A stretch of 63,904 nucleotides of DNA, counting the filler, from Blastocystis sp. subtype 4 (lineage: Eukaryota): NCBI RefSeq assembly GCF_000743755.1. It is 3 parts of 3 records of this genome, joined end to end, with 100 filler letters (N's around TTAATTAATTAA, not from the genome) between each part and the next. Parts side by side here need not be neighbours in the genome. Positions count along the whole stretch, not along the records: positions 1 to 21,863 come from NW_014569366.1; positions 21,964 to 43,765 come from NW_014569365.1; 1 more part is not named here. One strand, 5' to 3'. Positions 14,101 through 25,541 of this stretch are shown here, in pieces; position 1 is the first letter of the stretch; each line of letters begins with the position of its first letter. A program made the translations under genes and the position numbers. Under the pieces are notes generated by a model that saw only the letters and a program-made list of their open reading frames with translations, was not told the DNA's origin and did no database searches.

Positions 14101-16346
14101 ACACAACACGCTCCTGATCGGTGAGCTCCGAAACAACAGGTAACAAGTCCGACAGCGGCTTGCGAGCGCATAGGAGGATAAAGTGGTCCTCAGCAATCGA
14201 TACGTCTTGAACAATGAGATTAGGTGTAGGAATGAGATAGGGTTCCATGATGGTTTTGGTATCCACATCGAACTTGAGGTGAGTGTTGTCACCCATCACA
14301 TATACACGATTTGCAGCCGTAATAAATGCAATGTTATGGCCTCCAGCAACAATACGGGACACGCGACCTATTACCTCCGACAAAGAGAGCTTCGTGAAGG
14401 TAAAATAAGCGAGATCCTCCGTCAGCGAACCACTCATCCACACCTCACCCTCCTCACTCAACACCAAACTACACTCGGCTCCTGCAGTTATATTCATGAC
14501 ACGAAAAGGAAGATCGATATGAACAGGAGTGGATGATTCGATGGAATATGGCAAGCCCAGCTGACCTGAGTGATTGTTACCACACACCCACAACTGACCT
14601 GCTTTCGTAAGCATCAATGTGTGATAGTCTCCTGCAGCCACAGCTACCACATCCATCATACAAGACAGAGGTACGGGATACGGCACCACCAGACCTTCAC
14701 CTGTCACTGAATTGTAGTCATAACCACATTGCTTGAAAGTATTGCTCCCCCATGTTAGCACATATCCCAATGAGTCCACCAACACAACATGACCTGCTCC
14801 ACAGGCAACATGTGCAGCACGACACAGTTCAGGGAGGATCACACGAGATGGTTCTGAGGAATAAGCAGCCGGACACACCCAACCCAACTGCTGTCTATCA
14901 TTCGCACCATAACTGTATAGAAATCCATCCTTGTCAATCAACATCACTGTACGACTATTGGTGCTACAGCTTAACTCGGTTACCTGGATGGTAGTCACCA
15001 GTTTCTTTTGATAGATCAAATCACCACAAGCAGGCATTCCACATCTTCCTTCCAGATTGCAACCACTTACAAATACATCACCATTGTTTATGAGGATAGC
15101 GTTGAATGCAGGTCCTGCTGCTATCTGAATCACACGCCCCCCAGGCTTCACTGCATGTTTCACATAGAGATCGTCCTCCTGACCTATATCGAACAACTGA
15201 CCATACTCATTATCACCTCGACATACAATCGACTGCTGAATAATGTCCTCATGCACATACCGCTGGAGGAACTGTAGCGTATCCTTCAGATTCAGATGTA
15301 CCTCCAATGGACATTGCAAGATGGATAGAATATTCCCGATTACAGCATCGGTAGTTCCACGAGCCAATGAAATACTCAACTGACTACGAAGAGCATCCAC
15401 AAATTGAGCGCTCCTATGAATTATGGAATGACCAAAATCAGACTGTTTATCGGAATTCAACACAATATTCCCCAAGAACTCCTGAATGCGAGAATAGGTA
15501 TTATGAACAACTGGAGGCTGCGTCACCAGAGAGAGAGGAGGAATGTTACAAAGAGTTGAAGACACTTCAGGATACATCTATATCACACCAACAAACTAGA
15601 ACTACAATATCGAAAAAATCCTTATAGGATTGGTTCGCCAGTTCGAGAACCTTTAACGAGAACGCGCTAAACGCTGTGACAATATCTTCCACTTGCTTTG
15701 GAATTTCAACATGGCCTGCTTGCTTTTCCCTCGAATTTACAAAATAATGTGCAACTTGTGTCTCTTCATCTCAGCGCTACACACAATTCTTACCTTCTGT
15801 CTTGGATTTGACCTCCTTCAAATGCTTTAAATACTGAGAACAAAAATAACATACCAAATCTGATTGAAAACGAAGGTATTCCTAATTCGTTACAACAAGC
15901 AAATGAATCGACGATAGATCGAATTCCTGATTCTTTAACAACTGATTGTTTAAGAGAATGGAGTTGGGACAAGATACTACGAACATTTCCAACAGGGATG
16001 AGCCATTTATACGCTTCAATCGATTGATCGACATCGGCTGTGAGCAGTTCAGGTTTCTACACATCAAAGAAACATTCTTTTGCAACCTTTTCAGTTCCAC
16101 TACCAGAAGTACTCTCAGTTGGAGGCAAATCCTGTACCATCCATTTTTCCTCGTATAAAAATGAAAGGACATCTTAAAATGAAGACCTCGAGACACAACA
16201 ACCTGGTTTCTCTGCCTTCAAGTCCAATGCCTTCTCGATGAATACAGGATCAAAAACACATTCCTATTCCTAAGATCCCTATACCTTCTTCCAACTTCAC
16301 CAACAGTGCTGATTGTTTTTTTGATTTCATCTTCTGGAGTAGACAT
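2144..16346 (-). CDS. Giant HERC-like HECT E3 ubiquitin ligase: two RCC1-repeat blocks, RanBP2-type zinc fingers, LamG-like region, UBA-like regions, MIB/HERC2 domain, Vps62/DUF946-like region, SPRY domain, C-terminal HECT
   Basis: 3876-aa ORF with RCC1 repeats (GxNxxGQLG, VAAGDYHT), VRRGPHWKWGLQDG and WTCPYCSARNDY..CSVC; downstream exons carry HECT motifs GDDVGGLFRE, FVWGRSRLP and catalytic PMSHTCFFTLDLPAYSS; probable ATG at 16346; stop predicted at T2144 by polyadenylation. Confidence 0.9.
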
Positions 16347-16505
16347 AGTAATCTTACTTTCCGTAAAACCTTGTCACTTCAGATTCTTATAATCTATGAA
16401 GCCAGTGTACCGAAACGCCGTTTTGGTAATATACTGACTATCATTGATTAATCATTAAGCTTCATAATAGTTAATATGAAATCAACAGATTATTACATAC
16501 AAAAT

Positions 16506-16557
16506 AATAGCAACCCACCTTCTTTCTTAACAATAGCAACCCATCTTCTTTCTTAAC
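16506..16557. repeat. 26-bp tandem duplication (2 copies, 1 mismatch) abutting a 3' motif
   Basis: aatagcaacccaccttctttcttaac / aatagcaacccatcttctttcttaac. Confidence 0.85.
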
Positions 16558-16591
16558 AAACACAAGGCAAAGGCAATAGGAGGTCAACTAA

Positions 16592-18716
16592 TCATTTCTT
16601 CAACTTGAACATCTTGATTTCCTTATCCTCTTTCAACTTATTCAGCACCTCTTCTGAAACATCTACAGTTCAAACTCCCCTATGCAATTACCAGCACCGT
16701 GCTTCAATGCTTTCAATCCAGCCAATGCTCCTTCATCCACTGTCGTACCTGATGCAGTTAGTACACCCAATCCCGATACTCGCAACTCCGTCATATTCTT
16801 TAGTGCATTACTGTGGAGACGAAGTGTGGTCAGTGCCGGTAACAGACGCAGATCCGCACGACGATCGTTCTGCTCCATTAGATCCATCAGACCACAACAC
16901 GCCTCAAAGCCAAACTCCATCGAAGTCAAGGCAGGCATATCTATGATAAGAATCCTATATCAGATCTACCCTTGACAGCAATTGTCGTCACATTGTGGAA
17001 CGAAGCATTGCCAAACACCAACGTCTCCAACGCAGACAAATCTTATATCCAATCCATCTATCAACCATACCTGTCAGTTGGAGGCTCTCACACCAATAGA
17101 AACAGTTGCTGTGCTGATCAGGATTGGCACTTGCAGATCCAAAGGTTAGCGTCTTCAATGCTGGCAAATCTACGTTTCAATTACCTCTCTCATTGCTACC
17201 AAACAGCTGGCACTTCACATAATCACCACAAGCATCTTCCTCGAATGTAATCTCCTCCAAAAGAGGACATGACTCAATACACAATGTCTTTCCGGCTCCC
17301 TTGATTGTGTATTCCTTCTTCAGATACTCCACTCCCAGCACAGCATCCACACACGCACTCTTCTCAAAAGATAGAGTTCGCAATTTTGGCAATTCACAAA
17401 TCCGAAGTGTTTTCACATATGGCAAGGCATTAGCTTCAATTGTCAAGCGACGCAAATTGTGGAATCGAGCCAAATCAATAGACTTGATATTCGAGTCTGC
17501 AAATCCGCCAGATTTGAAGCACAATGCAGTAGTTCGGTCTGAAGCAGCCTCCAGTTCTTTGGGTGAAGCCACAGATACAGGTCCCAGTCCTTCACCATCG
17601 ATGGGCAACTGCTTGGTACCAGCTCTTCGTGAACTGCCAAAACAAAAACAGCCTGAAGACTTCACGTTTTCAATCTTGCCTGTATCACGATGAATACGAC
17701 GAGTCCCATCCACACATACATCATCAACAAATTCTCCTTCCACTATCAACATTCCCTCAGGGTTATAGAATTTCCCGTGACCATTCGCCTTATCATTCAT
17801 CCAGTCTCCATCATACTGGAGTGTACGACTAGGATAATAACTGCAGCCAGGTCCCTGACGATGTCCACGCACAAACTCACCTTTGTAAACAACCACATTG
17901 CCTTCAAACTGCTTTCCCTCTCCCTGAGCACATGGACCATGAGCTCCAAAGTCTTCATACTTTCCCTCATACACTTTGTGATTGGCGCTATCGTACTGAA
18001 TCATAGTAGTATCTTTGAATTCCTTAATGACACGCTCCTCAACACCATCTCGATACATGCATACACGAACAGGCTTACTGTTTTCATATTCTGTGCCACG
18101 ACCATCTCGTATCACTGTCCCATCCTTAAATCCTCCCATGAACACAATCGAGCCTAACACGTCCTTTTCAACGAGCATACGGTTTCCATAATCGTCATCA
18201 ATAATACTCTTCAAACCCTTTGTACCGTTGACCCATTCACCCTCATACACGATCTCTCCAGAAGCATCATATTCAATACCATATCCACTACGAACGTCTC
18301 CAGAATACTCTCCTTTAAACACTCGTTTGCCTCCCTTATACTCTTGACAAAAACCACAACGTTGGCCTTCTTTCCATGTTCCTTTAAATGTTAGTTGACC
18401 ATTATCAAAGAGAGATCCTTCTCCATCAATCAAATCATTCACAAAGTGCAACTTCATGACAAGAATCGAATCTGAGTTTAAAAGATCTGCTTCCCCGTTT
18501 AACTTTCCATTCTCCCATGTACCCTCTAGAGTGTACTCTTGACCATCCTTCTTGTAGATAATGGTTCCTTTCCCGTTCAATTCTTTATTCTCCGTTGTTC
18601 CTTCCTTTGAAACTACTTCATACCCTTCCAACACTTTGTTTTTGGCAGGTCCTTCATTAACTACAGAATCACCTGCAACAACAATAGTATGTACATAAGT
18701 CACCAAGGATATCCAT
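16592..18716 (-). CDS. MORN-repeat protein with C-terminal leucine-rich (BspA-like) repeats
   Basis: Many YEGEW/GxG MORN repeats followed by LPxLxxLxF repeats; probable first micro-exon MDILG at 18716; last exon ...KLKK-TGA at 16592; motif at 16555-16562. Confidence 0.8.
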
Positions 18717-18808
18717 AATCTATTCTTTGAAATCTTCTTTGAACCTAAGTAGTTCACTGGCTCAAGAAACGAAGAGTTGCCAATCCTAGAGAAAAACCGT
18801 GATTCTCA

Positions 18809-18816
18809 AACAAACA
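18809..18816 (-). terminator. TGTTTGTT 3'-processing motif of the fucosyltransferase-like gene
   Basis: In-frame T18821, 4-nt spacer, exact motif. Confidence 0.8.
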
Positions 18817-18820
18817 AAAT

Positions 18821-20163
18821 ATCCACTTGGTTGTTCCCTCTTTCGCCAATCCCCTCGATTCACTAGAATCTTTTTCATGGTTAGATCACGATAAGAAGCC
18901 AAAATACCGTAGGTTGACCGACTGGTAATAATCAACTCATTCGTGTTCGACAACAGGTAATTATCCAATAAAGTACAAATCATTCCCTCCGATCTCTTAT
19001 CTGTGTTAACATCCCGGAACGAGTGACTAATTTGACAGGTAGTTGTCACCACATACTCAGGATGCCGTTTCTTCAAATTACTTCGCACATCCTGATTGTC
19101 TGCAGCAATGAACCATCGAATAGGTTTGTCCGTCTTCGTCTTGGCCAGTTCAGTTTGTTGCTCACCATAAAAGTTGAACATTTCCACGTCATCCTTCAGC
19201 ATGAACGTATTCAGACCCTCATCGCCTGGCATATGACCAGTACGAATCTGAATACCAATCCAGTAATAATCTCTCCAATGCATCTTTTCCTTTTCTTCTT
19301 CTACTATAGACAGAATGTCTGGTTTTGTTTGGATAATCCGTGTGTAGATAAAATGGAGTACCATCTTCCGAATGTCATTTCCATCTCGCAACTTTGGATT
19401 GATTACAAAACCATGTTTATTTAAAAACTCACTATACATACCAGAACTGGTGAAGTAGTCTACAAACTTGCACGTTGTGCGCAGAATAATATTTACATTT
19501 GGTGCAGTAACTAACTTCTGAGGTAGAATGCGACAAGAAAGTCCCGAGTTTATCGATCCCTTTAGAGTCAGAGCTACATTCACATCCAACAGCATCGCTC
19601 ACTCTCATTATAGAGATAATAATCAGTTAATGGTAAATCAAAATACTGAAGAAAAGCGGGATAACGATACACTACACTTAAAACGAAAATACAATCCTAC
19701 TCCGCAAACGACGGTGCGTTACCCAAGATAGTACAATTGCTTCTGATAACGTTGCCAGCATATTACCCAACCCAGATACTACCGGCGAAAAAATGATATA
19801 CTTTGGGGAATTACCTGGATACAAACGCAACTCCTCTTGTTCTTGAATCCATTCCTTTAAAAATTTCTCTCGAAGTTGCTCCTTTTCCAATAATCCACGT
19901 TCATAGGCATTAAGCTTTTTTGCCTTGCTTGTTGGAGCTACAGAAGCGTTTAGTAACTTATTAGGTAAAGCTGAAGAAGAATTTAACGGTTTATCACGTA
20001 ATGGATCAACAATAGATAGGGTTGATACAGACGTGTTCTGAATCCTATTTATGTACACACCCCACTTCGTAACGGTTCCTTGAGAAAACTGAATCAAATA
20101 GACTCCAGAAAAGAAAAAGAGGATGACTCCTGTAATAAGGATAAGATACAGTTGTCCTCCCAT
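18821..20163 (-). CDS. Type II membrane fucosyltransferase-like glycosyltransferase (GT-B, NodZ/GT23/GT37-like)
   Basis: N-terminal TM helix; GLGNML, IGIQIRTG, WFIAADN and LLDNYLLS...ITSRSTYG match fucosyltransferase motifs I-III; ends GGA T|ATTT TGTTTGTT. Confidence 0.75.
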
Positions 20164-20303
20164 TGATAGAGAACAAAAGATAACTTAGAACAGATAACAA
20201 ATGGCGCAAATGGCGCAAAGAGTGACGAATGCAAAAGAATAATCGGATCAGATAATGTTTCGAACAAATAGGTTCGATTCAGAGAGTGTATTTCACACAA
20301 TTT

Positions 20304-21598
20304 CTATTTATGTAGAATGAGACTGCCTGATCCGAGAAGAAACAGGATGATAATGCTCCTCAAAAGGTGGCTCTTTAAGAAACTGACTATAGTACAAGTC
20401 TTCTTGTTTAGAAGGATAATAAGAACGACGATCATAAGTCGGATGACGACAACAGATACGTTGCAAACCAGTGAAACTAAACAGAAACAAGCAGCAACGG
20501 ACCGTCCATCGTTCCGTAACTAACAACACATCTTCTTTCAAAATGTCCTTTAATAACCAGTGAATGACTTGTTTTGCGACAAGTGACGTTCCGAGAGCTC
20601 TGTAAAGAAATGGTCTCGCTACCGTTAACTATACTCAATCACCAACAGAGTCTCTACTCCAGGAACCGCTGTTAACAGATAGATCAGAATCACCCATACA
20701 ATAGTCTGAAACCAAAACGATGCATTCGAGACGAAGTGAGACAATCCATCGATCCCCTGTAGCTTCGAATACACCCAGTCACGCGTCATCGTAAACACGC
20801 CATCTGTTTCTTTACGAACCTTTTGAATGGCAATAGTTACGTTATTCTACATGAGAGAAATGTAGTACTTCCAACTATAAAAGACTCAAATTCTTGTTGT
20901 GTTTCTGACATTGTACTCAAAACATCGTCGCTTTGTTTTTTGACCTCTTGCTGCTGAGAGAGAATCTCCTTTTGGTTTTGCAGCAATGTATCTTGTGTCT
21001 TTACGTTGTTGGCTCTAACCGCTCAAAACTACGTAACAATCCAACAATTCATCCTTAGTTTGTTCTACACTCGATATTAAGGTAGTTGTTGTCAATTCCA
21101 TCTTCTTTTGCCACATCTTCTTATTAACCTCAACCCAAAAACAAACCAGAAACTCCTGATAAAAACAAATACTGTCAGCATGATTCACAAATTGGGTATA
21201 AATTTGAAGAGCAGAATCCGGCAAGAGGGATGTACACGTTTTAATCTTCTTAGCTTTGCAAATAAATTTCTTCCTTCCAGCATCGTCCAAAAAGCAATTC
21301 ATTACATCCCAAGCAAATCGCAAACGCGATTCCTTGTTTGCCTCATCGCAGGAACTCTTCAACTTTGCAGAAGCTTCCTAGAATTTAAATCAAAAGATAT
21401 TCTTTACCTCCCAACATGAAGGATTCCCGCTGGAAGAAATGCGACTATTCCATTCAGCTATCCCTCGTTTTGCCTTTGTTTCATAACGTTCTAATCCTTC
21501 TGAGTCCACATCTACTCAATCACGCCTCCACTTCGATTCAAACCCATTTCCAAGGCAAATGCAGAGGAGAAGAAAGTTATGAGAAAAAGAAGGATCAT
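20304..21598 (-). CDS. GEX1: GEX1/KAR5/Brambleberry-family nuclear-envelope fusion protein
   Basis: Signal peptide MILLFLITFFSSAFA; spliced Cys-rich domain SCWEEASAKLKSSC...RLRFAWDVMNCFLDDAGRKKFIC...C...IYTQF...SICF; coiled coil, then hydrophobic C-terminal segments; 3' exons approximate. Confidence 0.75.
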
Positions 21599-21658
21599 GG
21601 ATTCGTTCAACCTAGATGATTGTGATCGAATGCATTCTCGTATAAACACCTCCTATCA

Positions 21659-22190
21659 TTATCCATGGATCTTTCGTATCCTACATGCATAATGGAAGAC
21701 ACAGCTATGAACTCTGTGTCTTGTAATCTCAACAAACATTCGTAAATATAATTGCATTAAAGGATTAATAGACACGAGCCTTAGGTGGAATAGGCTTGAC
21801 CTCGTTTTCATCAAGAGTGTTAGTGTGGACAGGTCTGTACAACAGTTTGGTAGTTCCATCTCCNNNNNNNNNNNNNNNNNNNNNNNNNNNNNNNNNNNNN
21901 NNNNNNNTTAATTAATTAANNNNNNNNNNNNNNNNNNNNNNNNNNNNNNNNNNNNNNNNNNNNATTCTCTTTCACTTCTATCACTTCTTCTCCTCTCTTA
22001 CATACTCCTCTCATTTCTTCTTTATCAACATTCAAACTCAACATACAATTCTTATTATCATTTAATACACTCTCTTTCAAGTACTCTTTCCACTTCATTC
22101 TCCACTCTACTCCATTCATCTTCTTTGATATTGATTCAACATTATCTACACTCATATTCTTATTATCAACTATTCCAATGAGAAGCAGTT
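21659..22190 (-). pseudogene. Fragments of an AT-rich multicopy-type gene (E/K/N-rich N-terminal piece and LRR-like tail) on both sides of the gap
   Basis: ORF pieces MSVDNVESISKKMNGVEWRMKWKEYL... and ELPNCCTDLSTLTL...; composition differs from neighbouring genes; truncated by the gap. Confidence 0.3.
21864..21963. other. Assembly gap with artificial TTAATTAATTAA six-frame-stop linker
   Basis: 44 N + TTAATTAATTAA (21908-21919) + 44 N. Confidence 0.95.
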
Positions 22191-22628
22191 AGCATTATAT
22201 ATTTCTTACCCATATCTCATTCACGGGAATCCATCAATTTCACATTTCAGTCAGTAATTTGGATCATCTCATTCAAACAGATATTATCTGAAGTGATGAA
22301 AAATCTTTTATTGACTCTCTTTTGCCATTTGTATTATCGAACTGGAAATCATTTCATTCTATTGAATGTCAACAGATAGGAAATATAGGATGAATGTATA
22401 GTGCTGTATGGATTCCATAATTCTTGAAAAGGATTTGTTGAGTTGAATATCATTAGCATTGAGTGTTGTGAAAGGGCATTCTCTCAAACCAACACTGGAT
22501 ATTGTGATTTGATCCCTGAGTGATGCTAGAATCATTATTGAACCTGAAACGATCTGTTGATTATCTTTGGAGTGATGTGAGGATATGAATGTGTTGTTGA
22601 AAAAGGTTAGTGAAAGAAATAAAAACAA

Positions 22629-22730
22629 GAACGGTCATATCTAGTGGAAAGCGCCCTAACCCGTCTGATCTAGGAAGCTAAGTCATTACGAGTTGAGTTA
22701 GTAACCCGCTGAGAAGTCTCAATGCTGTTC
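22629..22730 (+). rRNA. 5S rRNA copy with an internal deletion of roughly 17 nt (probable pseudogene)
   Basis: GAACGGTCATA...CCCGTCTGATCT.GGAAGCTAAG...GTTAGTA...GAAGTCTCAATGCTGTTC followed by TTTT; the two ends pair as helix I; 102 nt versus ~119 nt expected. Confidence 0.75.
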
Positions 22731-22950
22731 TTTTCTCTATTCAGTTAATGAACAAAGATGGATCTAACTTAATCCTATGTCCTTAGAAAATAATGAGTTG
22801 ACATGGAATCCCTTCCTCAGATAATGAGAATCATTTTCATCCATGAAGGATCGGAATAAAGATACTCAATGTTCTGAGTGTAGTTAATACATTTTCATAA
22901 GAGTCACTTGAGTATTTCTAAATCATCCTTTTGAATCCGGATCTGCTGTA

Positions 22951-23230
22951 TTGAATTCACACTATTCTTACTTATCAAACCCATTGTACTCATTCCAATC
23001 GACACTACACATCAATATCACTCCTCTAGTATCATCTACATTGAATGAAAGGTTTGAAGACGAGGTAGTCTCTGCAACTACGCTCCTCGCTTACCTCTCA
23101 GGGCTCACAAATCAACTACAACAATCCATACAATTACTGGAATTCCAGAAATCAAATAACTGTGGAAGGGTTGCGACAGGATCTTTTGGGGGTCCCAATC
23201 CCCAAATAACCATAGAACGAATACTAAGTT
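22951..23230 (+). CDS. Possible small hypothetical protein with a short amphipathic/coiled-coil segment
   Basis: Open frame ...RFEDEVVSATTLLAYLSGLTNQLQQSIQLLEFQK; boundaries unresolved. Confidence 0.25.
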
Positions 23231-23300
23231 ATTCGTCAATTCCAAGATTCAATAAGATTCGGTGCAGATTCTCTGTTTCCAAATACGAAGGGGTTACTCC

Positions 23301-25503
23301 ATGGGTAGTTGCCATTCAAAACATTCGAATGATAAAACTCCACCGGTTCGAGACCATCCTTCAAGTACGTATTCTTGTTGATCTTAATAGTAGATATCGT
23401 TCCCGAACAAGTCGTTCCCTGTACTCCAGTCATAACAGAAGTCAGTGAAGACTTAATTACGGCATCGAGGGCCTCAAGTAGCATGAGCGACATTCTGTGT
23501 GGCGTTTCGAATGCAGTATATCGGAATGAGTAAGACTTGGGATGTGGAATCTATGTCAGATATATCCAGAATATCTACGCATTGACATCCGAAGAACTGG
23601 GAGCAGGAGTCACAGGTAGTGTTCGTGTTGTAGTGGATCGGTAGTTTTAGTGTATATTTCTGATGAATAGACAAACTCATGAGCATTTCGCTTTGAAAAC
23701 AATCAATCTTTTGGGTGTACCGAATGCTGCAAGAGAGCGGTTAATTACAGAATCCTTAATCCTCGCACGTCTCCATCATCAGAACATTGTCAAGTTGTAT
23801 GAGATTTACGAGTCAGAATCTGCTATCTATTTGGTAATGGAACTCCTTTCTGGAGGGGAATTGTTTGATCGATTAATGGCCCAACCAGGTAGTAGAGCAG
23901 TGAGTTATTGAGTATAGAACATAAGTTTAGTGAAGAATATGCATGCAAAATTGTGAAAGATATCTTGAATGCCATCTCCTATCTTCATGATTATAAGAAT
24001 ATTGCTCATCGCGACCTAAAGCTAAGTAATATCATCTTTGCAGACAGTTCTCCAGATGCTGAAATCAAATTGATTGATTTTGGGTTAAGCAAGTTAATGA
24101 CGACTTCTGAGTACACTCACAGCCTGGTAGGAACACGGAATTACATAGCTCCTGAAGTTTATTTGAAAGGTTATCAAGGGAGTGGATATAACAAGAGTTG
24201 TGATATGTGGTCTATAGGAATCATTACATATTTCTTACTCACTGGACGCAATCCTCTTCCAGCTCAATTGATGGACCCCCAATGTTATGATACAGAAAAG
24301 ATTAAGATTCCTTATCCTCGGCGATACTGGTCAACCTTATCGCTGGAAGCAAAATCCTTTGTCGAAGGTCTTCTTCAAGTGGATCCAACTAAACGAATGA
24401 CAGGTAACAATGGAGAAAGATTGATATATAGCGGCTCAGGCCCAACGTCATCCCTGGTTTAATATTTCTGTTCCTTCAGTTCCACATACATTTTCTCCTC
24501 TAATTGTGGAGAATCTTCAAAGATTTCAAGAGTATAATGTATTAAAGAAGGCAGCTATGACAGCTGTTGCTTATCATTTGAATAATGTTTGAAATTGGGA
24601 ATTCGATAATAAACAGAAAGAATTACAGCGTCTCCAAGATGCATTTGAATTCTTTGATAAAACCCATTCTGGGACAATCACAATGGAAGAATTCCGTCAG
24701 GCTATCATGTATCTTTCACAATATACCCAGCATGCTCGTCAACCGACCAATCCAGTTGATACTCCTCCAAATGGTTTAGAACTACTTCATTTAGATAGTC
24801 AAGTTGATGAAAATGCCAAAAAACGTGCTTATGATACCATTAGTACATTAAGTACAAATGAAGACATGTTATTATCACTATTTCATGGTATTGATTTCAA
24901 TAATACCGGATATATTGATTATTCTGAGTTTTTGGCGGCTTGTCTAGCAAGGAAAGAAGGATTGAAACGAGAATATGCTGAATTGATATTTGAATTGTAA
25001 TGAAGTCTGGATCTAATGAGGAATAGGATTGATCGTGAACATGATGGTGTGATTCATGTTGAAGATCTTCGTTTGTTCTTCGGTGAAAGCATTTCTGTAA
25101 GGATTGGAGAAGGGATATGACATAGATGAGTGAAATTGAGAGGATCATCATGAAGACATTTGGAGAGAAGCGAGAAGCCTTAACAGAGACGGATTTGGAA
25201 AAAATCATGAATACAAAGATGATAACCAATGAGAAAGCAGCAGGGGCTGTTCAATGCTCTTCTCTTCCAACAGCAGCTCCTGTTCCAACTCGACTAAAGT
25301 TGAGTGAACTTTTTGAGGAGATCAAGAAGGCCCAAGAATCGAAGGGACCAGACATGGAAGCAAATAAGCCTATACGGTGTTCATCATTCTCGGAACAAGG
25401 AAATGATTCGGGCACCTTTGCCGTATCTACAACACGACATTTTTCTAGTCTTCATGTTCAGCCCGAGTCTACAAGACTGGTATCTGTTACAACCAAAGTG
25501 TAG
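23301..25503 (+). CDS. Calcium-dependent protein kinase (kinase + junction + EF-hands), N-terminal MGSCHS acylation motif
   Basis: LGAGVTGSV, FALK, HRDLK, DFG, GTRNYIAPE; junction LKKAAMTAVA; EF-hands DKTHSGTITMEE, DFNNTGYIDYSE, DREHDGVIHVED; several ~30-nt introns; TAG at 25501-25503. Confidence 0.9.
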
Positions 25504-25521
25504 CTTTGTTCTTTTTCATTG

Positions 25522-25537
25522 TGTTTGTTTACAAACA
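25522..25537. terminator. Back-to-back 3' motifs of the convergent CDPK and INTS11-like genes
   Basis: TGTTTGTT (+, 25522-25529) directly followed by TACAAACA (= TGTTTGTA on -, 25530-25537). Confidence 0.7.
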
Positions 25538-25541
25538 CGAA

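Noticed and set aside
4204..15627. Many 60-155 aa plus-strand ORFs opposite the HECT ligase
   Set aside because: Antisense shadows of a long coding exon with no recognisable motifs
20199..20219. Short tandem repeat aaatggcgc x2 upstream of the fucosyltransferase-like gene
   Set aside because: Too short to distinguish from chance slippage
21908..21919. TTAATTAATTAA palindrome inside N-runs (also 43810-43821)
   Set aside because: Identical 44N-12-44N layout twice; a scaffolding linker with stops in all frames, not biology
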